Shown: piece by piece, positions 10,401 to 20,112 of the stretch | How the letters are laid out: each line of letters opens with the position of its first letter | Position numbering within the stretch: position 1 is the first letter of the stretch | Source: Desulfosudaceae bacterium | Lineage (GTDB): Bacteria; Desulfobacterota; Desulfobacteria; Desulfobacterales; Desulfosudaceae | Direction: 5' to 3' | Length of the DNA: 64,000 nucleotides | Assembly (NCBI GenBank): GCA_963674745.2 | Contig: CAXXDV010000003.1 | Coordinates: 288,001-352,000 of the forward strand | The notes under the pieces: model-generated | Database searches by the model: none | What the model saw: the letters and a program-made list of their open reading frames with translations, nothing else | What the model was told of the DNA's origin: nothing | Position numbers and translations under genes: made by a program

Positions 10401-12887
10401 TTACCAGAAGATTTTATCGGTTGTGTCAAACATCCATGGCGCGGTTAACAGAAACAGCGCCACTGTGGTTAGAAAAAAAGGATAGATCCATTTTTGCGGA
10501 ACCCCGGCAGGGAAACATAATTTTTCCGCCACCACCATCAGACCGTTGACCGGAAAAAACACAAAGACCCCCCAGGACCAACGGCCGGTGGCAACCCCGG
10601 TCATGGCCGCGGTCATTCCTCCGATCATTGCAAATATCGCCATAACGGCAATCACCGGCCGGTTTCGTCCGTCCAGCGGAATATAGACGTGACGCAACAG
10701 AAAATCACCCAGGGGGATGTCCCAGGCCCGCCATAATCCTGAGGGCGGCAGGGGACCGAAAGGCCTGTACCCAAAGGCATCCGGAAGCTTGTAGCCGGCC
10801 TGGCGCCACAAGGCGTTCGACCAGTCCAGTGCGCCTCTTAACACCAGGTACAGGCACAATAACCGCCCGAATATCAGCAAAACGTGCAAGGCCGTGGTGC
10901 CTGACGCGGTAACGATCCAGCCGGCCAGAAAAAAACCGAGCACCAGTCCGGCCAGCAGCCTGAAAAATCCGGCATAGCCTGACAGCCAATGGCGTGAAAA
11001 ATGTACTTTGGTCGTATCCGGTGAAAAACTGTTCTTGTAGTCCAGGGTGGGGAAAAACAGTATGAATGAGATCACCCGGGCGGTCATCCGGCGCTGAATT
11101 GGATCGACCAGCAGTACATCATAACTTTTGAATAGAAAGATAATCGAGAAAAGCATCAGTAGAAACGACCATTCGCTGTCGGCCGGATGCAGGATCATGG
11201 CGGTCAACACCAGGGGGATGGTGATCAAGCTCGGCAACAAAAGGAACAGGCGGGACCCGGCTGGGGACCATTTTTCGTATGCCACCCGGGCCAAGCGGCC
11301 CGTCAGCCAGGTGCCGATCCAGTAAAACAGTACGAAAACGACCAACACCGGTGCCACCGGCGGATATTTGATCGGCCAGTGGCCGGCGGCGGCATCGGAT
11401 ATCCATCTATATCCCCATATGCCCGCTATCAGCCATATGATGATCGGAATAACAGCGGAAAAAACAGACAACGGACCGGATACCTTTTGCCATAAAAGAT
11501 ACCAGTAATGGAAAAAGATCCAGAGCAGGTTGCCCGCAGGATAGATAAAAGGCATCTTTCCGCCCATCAGGGGAAAAGTCTGTTTTTCTTTGCGGGACAC
11601 CGGCCAGGGTGACCGCGTTTTACCCAGTCGCCTGACCCACATGCGGTAATATGCGCGGTAGGTCAGGTTCATGGCCCAGAAATCCGCATTCTGGGCAAAC
11701 CGGAAATTGGCCGCGTTAAACGAACGGGCCAGGATCGACCGAAAACTGTAGAACCGGTCTAAAAATCGTCGGGCGCCCTGGTAGATTAAATCCTCCGACA
11801 AACCGCCGACATCGGCCATTACGTGGGCACCGTCGTATTTGCGTATATCCCGGGTTATCAGTTTATCCTGGTCTTTTAAGGTTTCATAATCGGGCGTCCC
11901 CGGAAACCAGGTGGCGATATTGGTGGAAGCCAGGAACACACCGGCCTCTTCACAGAAACGATAGGTGTCGTCAAAGGACTGAACGCTTTGCCCGGTCAGG
12001 CCCCACATCAGGCCGGTATGGACAAAAATGCCATGGGACTGGACTTTCCTGATGATGCGGGCATATTCCTCAACCGGGTTGAATCCTTTTTGGGCCTGGG
12101 CCAGTACATTTTTTTCAACCGATTCCATTCCCACAAATACGACTTTGCATTGGCTTCGCTCCAGGTGTTTGAGAAGCTTGTCGTCATCAAGCGAGGCCAG
12201 GGTGGCTTCGCCCATCCATCCCCAGACACCCTTGTTCTCCAGGAGCCGGCAGACCTCGATGATGTAATCCCGGTCGGCCGCGAAATGCAGGTCTACCGCC
12301 TCTACCAGTCCGTGGTCCCAATGGTCAAGCTCTCGCTCGATGGATTCCAGGCTGCGGGTCCTGAAGCCGGGCAGAAAGTGACGGCCGAAACAAAAGGAGC
12401 AACGATGCGGGCATCCCCGCGAAAACTCTATGGGAAAATTCACCCAGTAATATTTACCCGCCTTTTGAAGGTCCCTGCGGGGCAGGTGCTCGCCCCAGTT
12501 TTTAGGCGGTTGCGCCAGCCGATAAACGCCTTTTAAACGACCCTGTTCGGCGTCGGCGATAATCTTTTCTCCCAGTCCTTCGACTTCGCCGACCACCACC
12601 GCGTCAAAATGTTCCAGAGCCCGATCGGTCATGACCGAAGCCGGACCGCCGAGAATAGTGGGTATGCCCAGTTCCCGGAACCGGTCCGCCAGGTAAAGGG
12701 CCCGGGGAAAATTATAGGCCTGGGCGGATATGCCGATCAGGTCGGCGGCAGAAAAATTCACCGGTTCGATATTCTCATCGTTGATTTCAACTTCGGCATA
12801 GCGACCGATTTCGGCTGCCACTGTCGGCAACCGGACCTGGCGGTAGCGGGGAATGGCCAGCGGCATATCAATGAGACGAACGATCAT
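10401..12887 (-). CDS. B12-binding radical SAM protein fused to a C-terminal MBOAT-like multi-pass membrane domain
   Basis: DLIGIS...ILGGP...VVVGEVE (B12-binding), SRGCPHRCSFC (CxxxCxxC), VGMES, FPGT. C-terminal ~380 aa is hydrophobic and contains LWRAWDIPLGDFLLRHVYIPL. Confidence 0.75.
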   Translation of the reverse strand: MIVRLIDMPLAIPRYRQVRLPTVAAEIGRYAEVEINDENIEPVNFSAADLIGISAQAYNFPRALYLADRFRELGIPTILGGPASVMTDRALEHFDAVVVGEVEGLGEKIIADAEQGRLKGVYRLAQPPKNWGEHLPRRDLQKAGKYYWVNFPIEFSRGCPHRCSFCFGRHFLPGFRTRSLESIERELDHWDHGLVEAVDLHFAADRDYIIEVCRLLENKGVWGWMGEATLASLDDDKLLKHLERSQCKVVFVGMESVEKNVLAQAQKGFNPVEEYARIIRKVQSHGIFVHTGLMWGLTGQSVQSFDDTYRFCEEAGVFLASTNIATWFPGTPDYETLKDQDKLITRDIRKYDGAHVMADVGGLSEDLIYQGARRFLDRFYSFRSILARSFNAANFRFAQNADFWAMNLTYRAYYRMWVRRLGKTRSPWPVSRKEKQTFPLMGGKMPFIYPAGNLLWIFFHYWYLLWQKVSGPLSVFSAVIPIIIWLIAGIWGYRWISDAAAGHWPIKYPPVAPVLVVFVLFYWIGTWLTGRLARVAYEKWSPAGSRLFLLLPSLITIPLVLTAMILHPADSEWSFLLMLFSIIFLFKSYDVLLVDPIQRRMTARVISFILFFPTLDYKNSFSPDTTKVHFSRHWLSGYAGFFRLLAGLVLGFFLAGWIVTASGTTALHVLLIFGRLLCLYLVLRGALDWSNALWRQAGYKLPDAFGYRPFGPLPPSGLWRAWDIPLGDFLLRHVYIPLDGRNRPVIAVMAIFAMIGGMTAAMTGVATGRWSWGVFVFFPVNGLMVVAEKLCFPAGVPQKWIYPFFLTTVALFLLTAPWMFDTTDKIFW

Positions 12888-12996
12888 CGGCCCTCCACGG
12901 GGAAAACGAAAGATTCGAAAAACCTGAATTAATATTTTTTATGACATCATTACTATCTGAAAACGATTTTTAAAAAAGACGTGAGTTGTTCCGGCA

Positions 12997-13488
12997 TCAA
13001 AGAAACTGCATGAAGTGACAGAAAAGAAGGATGATTATCGTGATCACGGCGGCAAAAATAAAGATGCCCATCCATCCATCTCTGTCGGCCTTTTTTCGAT
13101 AATCCTTCAATTTGTTTTCCAGCACAGCCAGTTTGTCTTGTGTTTTGTTATCAGCCGGATTTATTTTCAGTTTGGTGATGATTGAATCCAGCCTGGTAGC
13201 GGCCGCGTCAGACACACCAACTTCTTCCATCGATAAACTCGTATGGTTCATATAGGAGAGGCAGGCCAGTCCTTCATCAATCAGCAAACCAGGAAAATCG
13301 GGAAGCGGTCCTCCCGTCAGGATGACAGCCAGTGTTGCTTTATCCGCATGACTGAGCCTGTTGTGGAAATCTTTTAAAGCGGCATTCTGCTTATCCCATT
13401 CATCCGGGTTGACCGCAGAAGATCGGCAGTACTCGCAATAAAAACCCGTCATCGGCGCGCCACAATGAGGACAGACACTATCAGCCAA
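12997..13488 (-). CDS. Hypothetical zinc-ribbon protein with C-terminal TM helix
   Basis: CPHCGA..FYCEYC and a hydrophobic C-terminus. AGGAG precedes the TTG start. Confidence 0.65.
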   Translation of the reverse strand: MADSVCPHCGAPMTGFYCEYCRSSAVNPDEWDKQNAALKDFHNRLSHADKATLAVILTGGPLPDFPGLLIDEGLACLSYMNHTSLSMEEVGVSDAAATRLDSIITKLKINPADNKTQDKLAVLENKLKDYRKKADRDGWMGIFIFAAVITIIILLFCHFMQFL

Positions 13489-13704
13489 AAGATTTCTCCT
13501 GTTTCATCGTGTTTTCGGGCAGGAATTTATTCAATCAAATGTTTAAGTATTTTATCATTAATAAGATGAAATTTTCAACCGGGATACGGTCCTCTTCGGG
13601 TTGGCTATCCGCTATTGACCCCCGCCTTCGATATTGGTAAAAGATGATAATCCTTAAGAAATATTATTGACTTATAATTCTGCGCGGAACGGAATAGGGA
13701 CTGG

Positions 13705-15534
13705 ATGTTAAATAAAGAGATAAGAGGCCTTTTCCCAGATAAATATACTTATTGGAAGACGTCCTGGTTTAAAAAGTTGTCCGAGGAACGTAATCGTTTC
13801 CGGTTTAATGTTCTGATTGTCGCTTACCTGATAGCCATTACCATCCCCTGTATTTTGATTGTTCATGATTTTTTCATCGGTCGATCAAACCTGATGATCA
13901 ATTATTTTTCTTCCCTGGCGGCAATGATCGGTCTGCTGGGATACCTGCTGCGCACGGGAGACGTCAAGCGTATGGCGCCCGTCAGTCTGTTGGTTTGTGT
14001 TGTCGGGTTTCATCTTTCCGTGATTTTGCCGGGCGGTCAATCGACATATTTTTTGATGTTTTTTTCATTTCCTCAGCTGGCCTTCCTGCTGGCTGGTGTC
14101 CGCAGGGGGACATTCTGGACGTTCGGTTTTCTGGCAAGTGCCGTATGCCTTTATGCCGGGGTTGTGATCGGCCTTATCCCTTCCTGGCAGGTTGCACTGG
14201 AGCCGGTGCAGATGATCGTGGGCCTGGTGACCTATATCATGCTTTTTGTCATTGCCATGGCCACTGAAAAAATGCACCAGCTATACCTGTCCCGCACGGT
14301 AAAGGGGTTAATTTTTGACAACGAGACCGGGTTGCCTAAAAAGAGAATCCTGGGCCTGACCATCCAACCGGAACGCAGTTACGTGCTGGCAATTATGCGG
14401 ATTGCCAATTTCAGCGAACTGATTTCAATTTTCAGCCAGAACCTTTCCGCCCATGTGGTTCGTTTTGCCGCCCAACGCATAATATCGCTTTCCGAAAATC
14501 GAAAATACGAGGTGTTCCGATTGGACGGAGCTGATTTCGCCTTGTTATTTTCCGTGAAGAGCAAAGATGATGCGCAGGAGGCTTATAAAAAACTGGAAGA
14601 AATTCTGGACCGGATCAGCCCTGTGCCTTTGAAATGGGAATCCCATGATATTTTTCTGGTATACCGTGTGGGGGCCGCCTGGATTACCCCGGACAATCGG
14701 GCCATGGCTTTGAAATACGCGGATGATGCTCTGAAATTAGGCCAGAAGAATAACATCCCGCTGACGGTTTACGATCACATCGATCGGGTTGAAAAGGATC
14801 AGGCAGTTGATTATTATCACGCTTTAGTCGAAAACAAGACCCAAAATACTTTCCGGGCTTTTTATCAACCGATTATCAATAACCGGAGCGGTCGCGTTGA
14901 ATGGCTGGAAAGTCTGATGCGGGTTCAAGTGAACGGCGACCGTTATGATTCTATCCACCCTTACCTGGCAATCGCCCGTTCGACCGGGATCTATCCGGAT
15001 ATCTCTTATTATATTCTGGAAAACGCCGCCAGGGTAATACCCGAAATCGCCTGTGACCTGTCCATCAATATTACGGTGGAGGATATCAATAATCCGGTCT
15101 TTATCCGTCATGCCAGTCAGGTGTGCCGGGCCGTCAGGGACTGTCCCAATACCCTTATTTTTGAAATTCTGGAAAGTGATGAACTCGGCAAAGTGCGGTA
15201 TTGCAAAGATTTTATTGACATGCTTCATCAATACGGATGTAAAGTGGCCATTGATGATTTCGGATCCGGATATTCCAATTTTGTCAATCTTATCAACCTG
15301 GATGTGGATATCGTCAAGATCGACGGGTCACTGATCCGGCAATCCGTTGACAATCCAAAGGCGTTGGCCATTGTTGAAACCATTCATAACCTTTGCGCCC
15401 GTTCGGGCCTGAAAACCGTGGCGGAATTCGTGGAAAGTCAGTCCCTGTTTGATGTGGTCAGGGGCTTAAACATGGATTACTCCCAGGGATATCTGTTCGG
15501 GCAGCCGTCCGGATCAATCGAATCCTATAAATAG
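13705..15534 (+). CDS. Membrane-bound degenerate-GGDEF/EAL c-di-GMP phosphodiesterase
   Basis: About 5 TM helices; RLDGADF in place of GGDEF; YQPI, ESLMR, SINI, EILE, AIDDFGSGYSN, KIDGS, AEFVE, QGYLFG. Confidence 0.85.
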   Translation: MLNKEIRGLFPDKYTYWKTSWFKKLSEERNRFRFNVLIVAYLIAITIPCILIVHDFFIGRSNLMINYFSSLAAMIGLLGYLLRTGDVKRMAPVSLLVCVVGFHLSVILPGGQSTYFLMFFSFPQLAFLLAGVRRGTFWTFGFLASAVCLYAGVVIGLIPSWQVALEPVQMIVGLVTYIMLFVIAMATEKMHQLYLSRTVKGLIFDNETGLPKKRILGLTIQPERSYVLAIMRIANFSELISIFSQNLSAHVVRFAAQRIISLSENRKYEVFRLDGADFALLFSVKSKDDAQEAYKKLEEILDRISPVPLKWESHDIFLVYRVGAAWITPDNRAMALKYADDALKLGQKNNIPLTVYDHIDRVEKDQAVDYYHALVENKTQNTFRAFYQPIINNRSGRVEWLESLMRVQVNGDRYDSIHPYLAIARSTGIYPDISYYILENAARVIPEIACDLSINITVEDINNPVFIRHASQVCRAVRDCPNTLIFEILESDELGKVRYCKDFIDMLHQYGCKVAIDDFGSGYSNFVNLINLDVDIVKIDGSLIRQSVDNPKALAIVETIHNLCARSGLKTVAEFVESQSLFDVVRGLNMDYSQGYLFGQPSGSIESYK

Positions 15535-15648
15535 CGTTTTGTTTTGGACATTGCCGCTGCCTCCCGGGAAATTCGAGAAACATCGGGTTGGATATTTATT
15601 CGTGCAATAAGCTATGCGAGTAATTGTTCCTGGAAAACATCTTTTTGA

Positions 15649-17316
15649 TTAACCTTGACCGCGTTTTTTCTTACGATCTTTTTTCTTTTTAACCGGCGGG
15701 CTTTTTTCAGCATATTGCATCCTTACAGCGCGACCATCGATTTTTGTTTCTTTCATTGCTTTTGCAACCGTATCCGCAACATCTGCTTCAATTTCAATAA
15801 ACGAAAACTCGCGTAATATGTCAATTTTTCCTATTTTTGCCGCCCGGATATTGGACCGTTCACAAATGTTCCGGATGATCGTCCCTTTGTTAATATTATC
15901 CATGCGGCCGGCATTCATGAAAAAGCGACGGGCATCTCCCTGAAGTTCTTGACCTGTACCCGGCTTTTTTTTATCCGTCGTTTTTTTAGATCGCGACACA
16001 TTAATGTCAGCCGCGTCCTTGTAATACATCAGGAAGCGGTTAAATTCCAGGGATACAAACTTCTGGATCAACTCCTCCTTGGTGAGCGTTTTGAGCGTGT
16101 CAAATACAGGCAATAAGAATTTTCCGATTTCATCATCATTGACTTCAACCGCCACCAATTTATTGATCATGGCATAAAGCTGATTTTCACACACGGCCCG
16201 CCCTGCCGGAACTTTCATGTAGGAAAAATTAATTTTGGATTTGTGCTCGATCCTTTGAAGTTTCCCGATTTCTTTGGTGTTGATGATGGCAATGGACATG
16301 CCGGATTTACCGGCTCTTCCGGTGCGACCGCTTCGGTGGGTATAATTATCCGCTTCATCCGGGAGCTTGTAATTGATCACATGGGATATGTCGTGCACGT
16401 CAAGACCTCTGGCCGCAACGTCGGTTGCAATCAGGACCTGAATCGTTTTTTCACGATACCGGCGCATCACCTGATCTCGAACCTGCTGGGACAGATCCCC
16501 GTGCAAGGCTTCTGCATTGTATCCATCTAAAATTAATTTTTCGGCAATCTCCTGGGTCTCTCTGCGGGTCCGGCAGAAAACAAGGCCGTAAATTTCGGGA
16601 TGAAAATCGATAATCCGTTTTAACGCCTGATATCGGTCTTTTTCTTTGACGATAAAATAGATATGCTCGATATTCTCGGCGCCGCTGTCCTTTTTGCCAA
16701 TGGTGACTTCCCGGGGGGCATGCATATATTTTTTGGCAATAACCGCCACCTCCCGGGGCATGGTTGCCGAAAAAAGCCATGTCCGTTTGCTGCCCGGTGT
16801 CTGCTCCAGGATGGCATTGATATCTTCCTGAAATCCCATGTTCAGCATCTCATCGGCTTCATCCAGTACCAGGTAGGCGACCTTCGACAAATCAATCACT
16901 TTACGTCGAATAAAGTCCAGCAATCGGCCGGGGGTGGCAACGATAATTTGGGCCTTGTTTTGGATTTTCTGTCGCTGGTTTTCAATGCTTGCCCCGCCAT
17001 AGACGGCCACGACCCTGGCTTTTGGCAGGTATTTGCAGAACAGATTGATGTCATTTTCTATTTGAAGACACAATTCCCTGGTAGGGCACAGGATCAGACC
17101 CTGAATGTGGGTGGACCGAAAATCAATGCGTTGGGCCATTGGCAGGCCAAAGGCCGCTGTTTTTCCGGTCCCGGTCTGGGCCAGTCCGATCAAATCATTG
17201 TCACCGGAAATGATTTCTGGAATGGCCTCGATTTGAATGGGGGTCGCCTCAACAAATCCAAGGTCATGGATGGCTTCCATCAGTTCGGGATCTAAATCAA
17301 AATTTTCAAAACTCAT
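15649..17316 (-). CDS. deaD: DEAD-box RNA helicase with DbpA-type C-terminal domain (DeaD/CsdA-like)
   Basis: AQTGTGKT, PTREL, TPGR, DEAD, SAT, ARGLD, HRSGRTGR, and a Lys-rich tail. Confidence 0.9.
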   Translation of the reverse strand: MSFENFDLDPELMEAIHDLGFVEATPIQIEAIPEIISGDNDLIGLAQTGTGKTAAFGLPMAQRIDFRSTHIQGLILCPTRELCLQIENDINLFCKYLPKARVVAVYGGASIENQRQKIQNKAQIIVATPGRLLDFIRRKVIDLSKVAYLVLDEADEMLNMGFQEDINAILEQTPGSKRTWLFSATMPREVAVIAKKYMHAPREVTIGKKDSGAENIEHIYFIVKEKDRYQALKRIIDFHPEIYGLVFCRTRRETQEIAEKLILDGYNAEALHGDLSQQVRDQVMRRYREKTIQVLIATDVAARGLDVHDISHVINYKLPDEADNYTHRSGRTGRAGKSGMSIAIINTKEIGKLQRIEHKSKINFSYMKVPAGRAVCENQLYAMINKLVAVEVNDDEIGKFLLPVFDTLKTLTKEELIQKFVSLEFNRFLMYYKDAADINVSRSKKTTDKKKPGTGQELQGDARRFFMNAGRMDNINKGTIIRNICERSNIRAAKIGKIDILREFSFIEIEADVADTVAKAMKETKIDGRAVRMQYAEKSPPVKKKKDRKKKRGQG

Positions 17317-17537
17317 TTACAATCGTTCTCTGTTTATAGGGTTGACGTCAGTAATCGCTCACAATACGAAAATCGATCTTCGGTTGGAAGCCGGTGATGT
17401 GTCCAAAAAAAAGAAGCGTGTTCGGTGAATGGTAATTCGAAGACTTGCTTTTATTGATTACGCAGTATGGTTTAAAACAAAATCAGTGTCAACAATATTT
17501 CAATAAAGGGCGCCCTAAAGTGTTATAAGCACGGTGG

Positions 17538-19100
17538 TCACGCTTTGCTGCCGGCTTGTCTGCCAAATGGAATGCCCAGTTTTTTCATTCGTTTTCTAAG
17601 GGTGCTGGGATTCATCCCAAGCAGGGTTGCCGCACCTTTGGGCCCCTGGACCCGTCCACCGGTCATGTCCAGGACGGATTCAATATGCTGCTTCATGACG
17701 TCGTCGAGCTTCAGGAAACCGGGGACCGGAAGTTGAGCCACCGGTTGTTCCCTGTGGCTGACTTGAGGGCCGGTCCTCTCAAAGTAAAGCCAGTGCCCCT
17801 GGTCCGCATGAATGCTCCGGATCAGCGCCCTTTCCACCATGTTTTCAAGTTCCCTGATATTACCGGGCCAGTCGTGTCCCTGAAGCATTTCGATGCTTCC
17901 CGGGGCAGGTTTCCGGATAAAACGAAGGTTCAGTTCTCTGGATTTTTTTTCGATCAAAAAAGACACTAGGTCGGGAATATCCTCTTTTCGATGCCTCAGG
18001 GGCGGGATGGTGATGGGAAAGACATTGAGTCTGAACCAGAGGTCTTCCCTGAAGGTCTGATTCCGGACCATCTCTTCCAGGTTCCGGTGGGTGGCGGTAA
18101 TGATGCGGATGTCCACGGGAATGGGCTTTGTTCCGCCCACCCGTTCGATTTCTTTTGACTGAATGACCCGCAGCAGCCTGACCTGGGCCTGGAGAGGCAG
18201 TTCGCCGATCTCATCCAGAAAGATCGTGCCGTGGTCGGCCCGTTCAAACCGGCCGCGTTTTTGTTCACCGGCGCCGGTAAAAGCGCCTTTTTCATGGCCG
18301 AACAACTCGCTGTCGATCAGGGACTCGGGGATGGCGCCGCAGTTGACCTTTATAAACGGCCCCTCGCTTCTCGGGGATGCATAATGAATGGCGTTGGCAA
18401 TGACTTCCTTGCCCACCCCGGTTTCTCCCAGCAGGAGCACCTGACTTGACAAAGGAGACACCTGGCGGACCATCTCCATGACATGTTTGAGGCCCGAATG
18501 TTCACCGATAATTTCGCCGCCGGCCTTATCCTGGAGCTGTTGGCTCAAAAAACGGTTGTCGTCGGCCAGAATCTCTTTAAGCCTTAACAGCTCCCTGTGG
18601 CTTAACCCGTTGGCCATGGCAATGGCAAATGGCCCCTGAAGCAGATTGAGTTTGTCCAGGTGCTGTTGCGTGTAGCGGTTGCGGCCCCGGGCGATTAAGG
18701 TCACCATGCCGATATTCTGGCCCTCCACATCCAGTCGTGAGGCCAGGCAGGAGACAACCGGTTTTTCCATGGTCTGCCAGGCGAGCTTTACGATCGGGTG
18801 GTTTTCCGGCTGGTTGATCAGGCCGATAGGGTCGTCACTGAACTCGTATTGTTTGATGTGATCAATCGCCTCCCGGGTCAGCTTGAGCGTTTTGGAAGGC
18901 ATTTTAAGCTCGGGCTCTTTGACCAGTGCCACGAAATTCAACAACCCCTGATCCCTGTCAAACAGGCTCAGGCTGATGCCATCTGCGGGGATGGTTTGCC
19001 GAATGTAGGCATAGGCATTGGTCAGCATGGTGTCGATATCGAGGCTTCCGCAAATTCGCAGTGTTGCCTGGTAAAAAAAATCAATGTCTTCACGCTTCAT
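17538..19100 (-). CDS. GAF-containing sigma-54-dependent transcriptional activator (FhlA/NifA type)
   Basis: GETGVGKE, GAFTGA, FLDEIGE, WPGNIREL, and a C-terminal HTH (GAATLLGMNPSTL). Confidence 0.92.
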   Translation of the reverse strand: MKREDIDFFYQATLRICGSLDIDTMLTNAYAYIRQTIPADGISLSLFDRDQGLLNFVALVKEPELKMPSKTLKLTREAIDHIKQYEFSDDPIGLINQPENHPIVKLAWQTMEKPVVSCLASRLDVEGQNIGMVTLIARGRNRYTQQHLDKLNLLQGPFAIAMANGLSHRELLRLKEILADDNRFLSQQLQDKAGGEIIGEHSGLKHVMEMVRQVSPLSSQVLLLGETGVGKEVIANAIHYASPRSEGPFIKVNCGAIPESLIDSELFGHEKGAFTGAGEQKRGRFERADHGTIFLDEIGELPLQAQVRLLRVIQSKEIERVGGTKPIPVDIRIITATHRNLEEMVRNQTFREDLWFRLNVFPITIPPLRHRKEDIPDLVSFLIEKKSRELNLRFIRKPAPGSIEMLQGHDWPGNIRELENMVERALIRSIHADQGHWLYFERTGPQVSHREQPVAQLPVPGFLKLDDVMKQHIESVLDMTGGRVQGPKGAATLLGMNPSTLRKRMKKLGIPFGRQAGSKA

Positions 19101-19281
19101 CTCTGCTCCCGCTACAAATAAACGCGTGCTTCAATGAGCACGGATTGACGGTAGTTGTCGTTAACTATCCCATAGTCCGGAATTTATAAAAAATATCCCA
19201 TAAGACATTTTTATTCTGTCCTATGGGGCATGTTTTTGCAATAAAAAAATTATAGCCTATAATTTCAAATAGTTATTTGTT

Positions 19282-19297
19282 CGGCACGGATTTGGCA
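19282..19297 (+). promoter_or_regulatory. Sigma-54 (-24/-12) promoter
   Basis: CGGCACGGATTTGGCA: GG at 19283-84, exactly 10 nt, then GC at 19295-96. Divergent from a sigma-54 activator. Confidence 0.7.
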
Positions 19298-19378
19298 AAG
19301 CATAAGAGAAACAAGGCCTCTGATGCATTCAGATGTCAAAACGGATTAAAACAAAATTTTTTATTAAAGGAGAATATC

Positions 19379-19846
19379 ATGAAAAAGAGCATCACAAAAA
19401 GAACACGCATTTCGATCCTGTTCGCAATCCTTGTCGTTGGCTGTTCGGCTCCTGCGGTTTACGCCGGTTCAGCGGTTTCAATGATCGATGATGAAGTCAT
19501 TAGTGCCCTGGAAGGTTTCCGGTTCGGTCAACCTGTTGCTCAAGCCAATGCCGCGCAGCAGCAAAACGCGGATCAGGTTGTCCTTGACGATTGTTCGATG
19601 ATCAACGAAGAAGTCATTGCCGGATTAAAGGACTTCCGGTTCGGTTCTTCAAATCAATACCTCTACGCGCAAAAAAAGAACTCACCCGTTGAGGCCACCT
19701 CATGGAGCGAAAAAAGCGACTCCATTATTGACGCCGAACTGATCAGTCAACTGGAGGGCGTTGAAATTGTCGAAGGCGTCCGGATCGTCGAAGCCAAATT
19801 TGTCGCTGACATGAGAGCAATTATGGATAAATTTGCTGAAAATTAA
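19379..19846 (+). CDS. Exported hypothetical protein with three internal repeats
   Basis: AAGGAG RBS, signal peptide (VYA-G), and repeats SMIDDEVISALEGFRFG / SMINEEVIAGLKDFRFG / SIIDAELISQLEGVEI. Confidence 0.7.
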   Translation: MKKSITKRTRISILFAILVVGCSAPAVYAGSAVSMIDDEVISALEGFRFGQPVAQANAAQQQNADQVVLDDCSMINEEVIAGLKDFRFGSSNQYLYAQKKNSPVEATSWSEKSDSIIDAELISQLEGVEIVEGVRIVEAKFVADMRAIMDKFAEN

Positions 19847-19925
19847 ATCACAAAAGACGGGCACAGGGCCCGGGCCTTTCTCGAGTTGACCCTGCCCGGA
19901 CTCGTCCTGCACGGCGCGAACGAAC

Positions 19926-19984
19926 GAGGGGCACCCCCCTGTGGGTGCCCTTTCATCGGGCAGGCACGGGTGCCGGCCCCTACA
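19926..19984. repeat. GTAG-family REP/REPIN-like repeat, copy 2
   Basis: AGGGGCACCCCCCTGTGGGTGCCCT...GGGCAGGCACGGGTGCCGGCCCCTACA. The first arm is nearly identical to copy 1. Confidence 0.75.
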
Positions 19985-20112
19985 ATATTCGCGAGCGGCC
20001 TGCAGCACGGCAGAAGGGGCCAAGGGGGCTTGTCCGGAAGAGTGAATTCTCCCAACATTTTTATAATGATGATAACCCGAATATCTCCTAAAAATTTCGG
20101 GTCAAAGGAGTT

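Noticed and set aside
10401..12887. Naming the radical SAM as HpnP/HpnJ
   Set aside because: There are no hopanoid genes in the window, and the family motifs alone cannot fix the substrate.
14290..14760. Active diguanylate cyclase domain
   Set aside because: The signature reads DGADF and other catalytic motifs are eroded; only the EAL domain looks intact.
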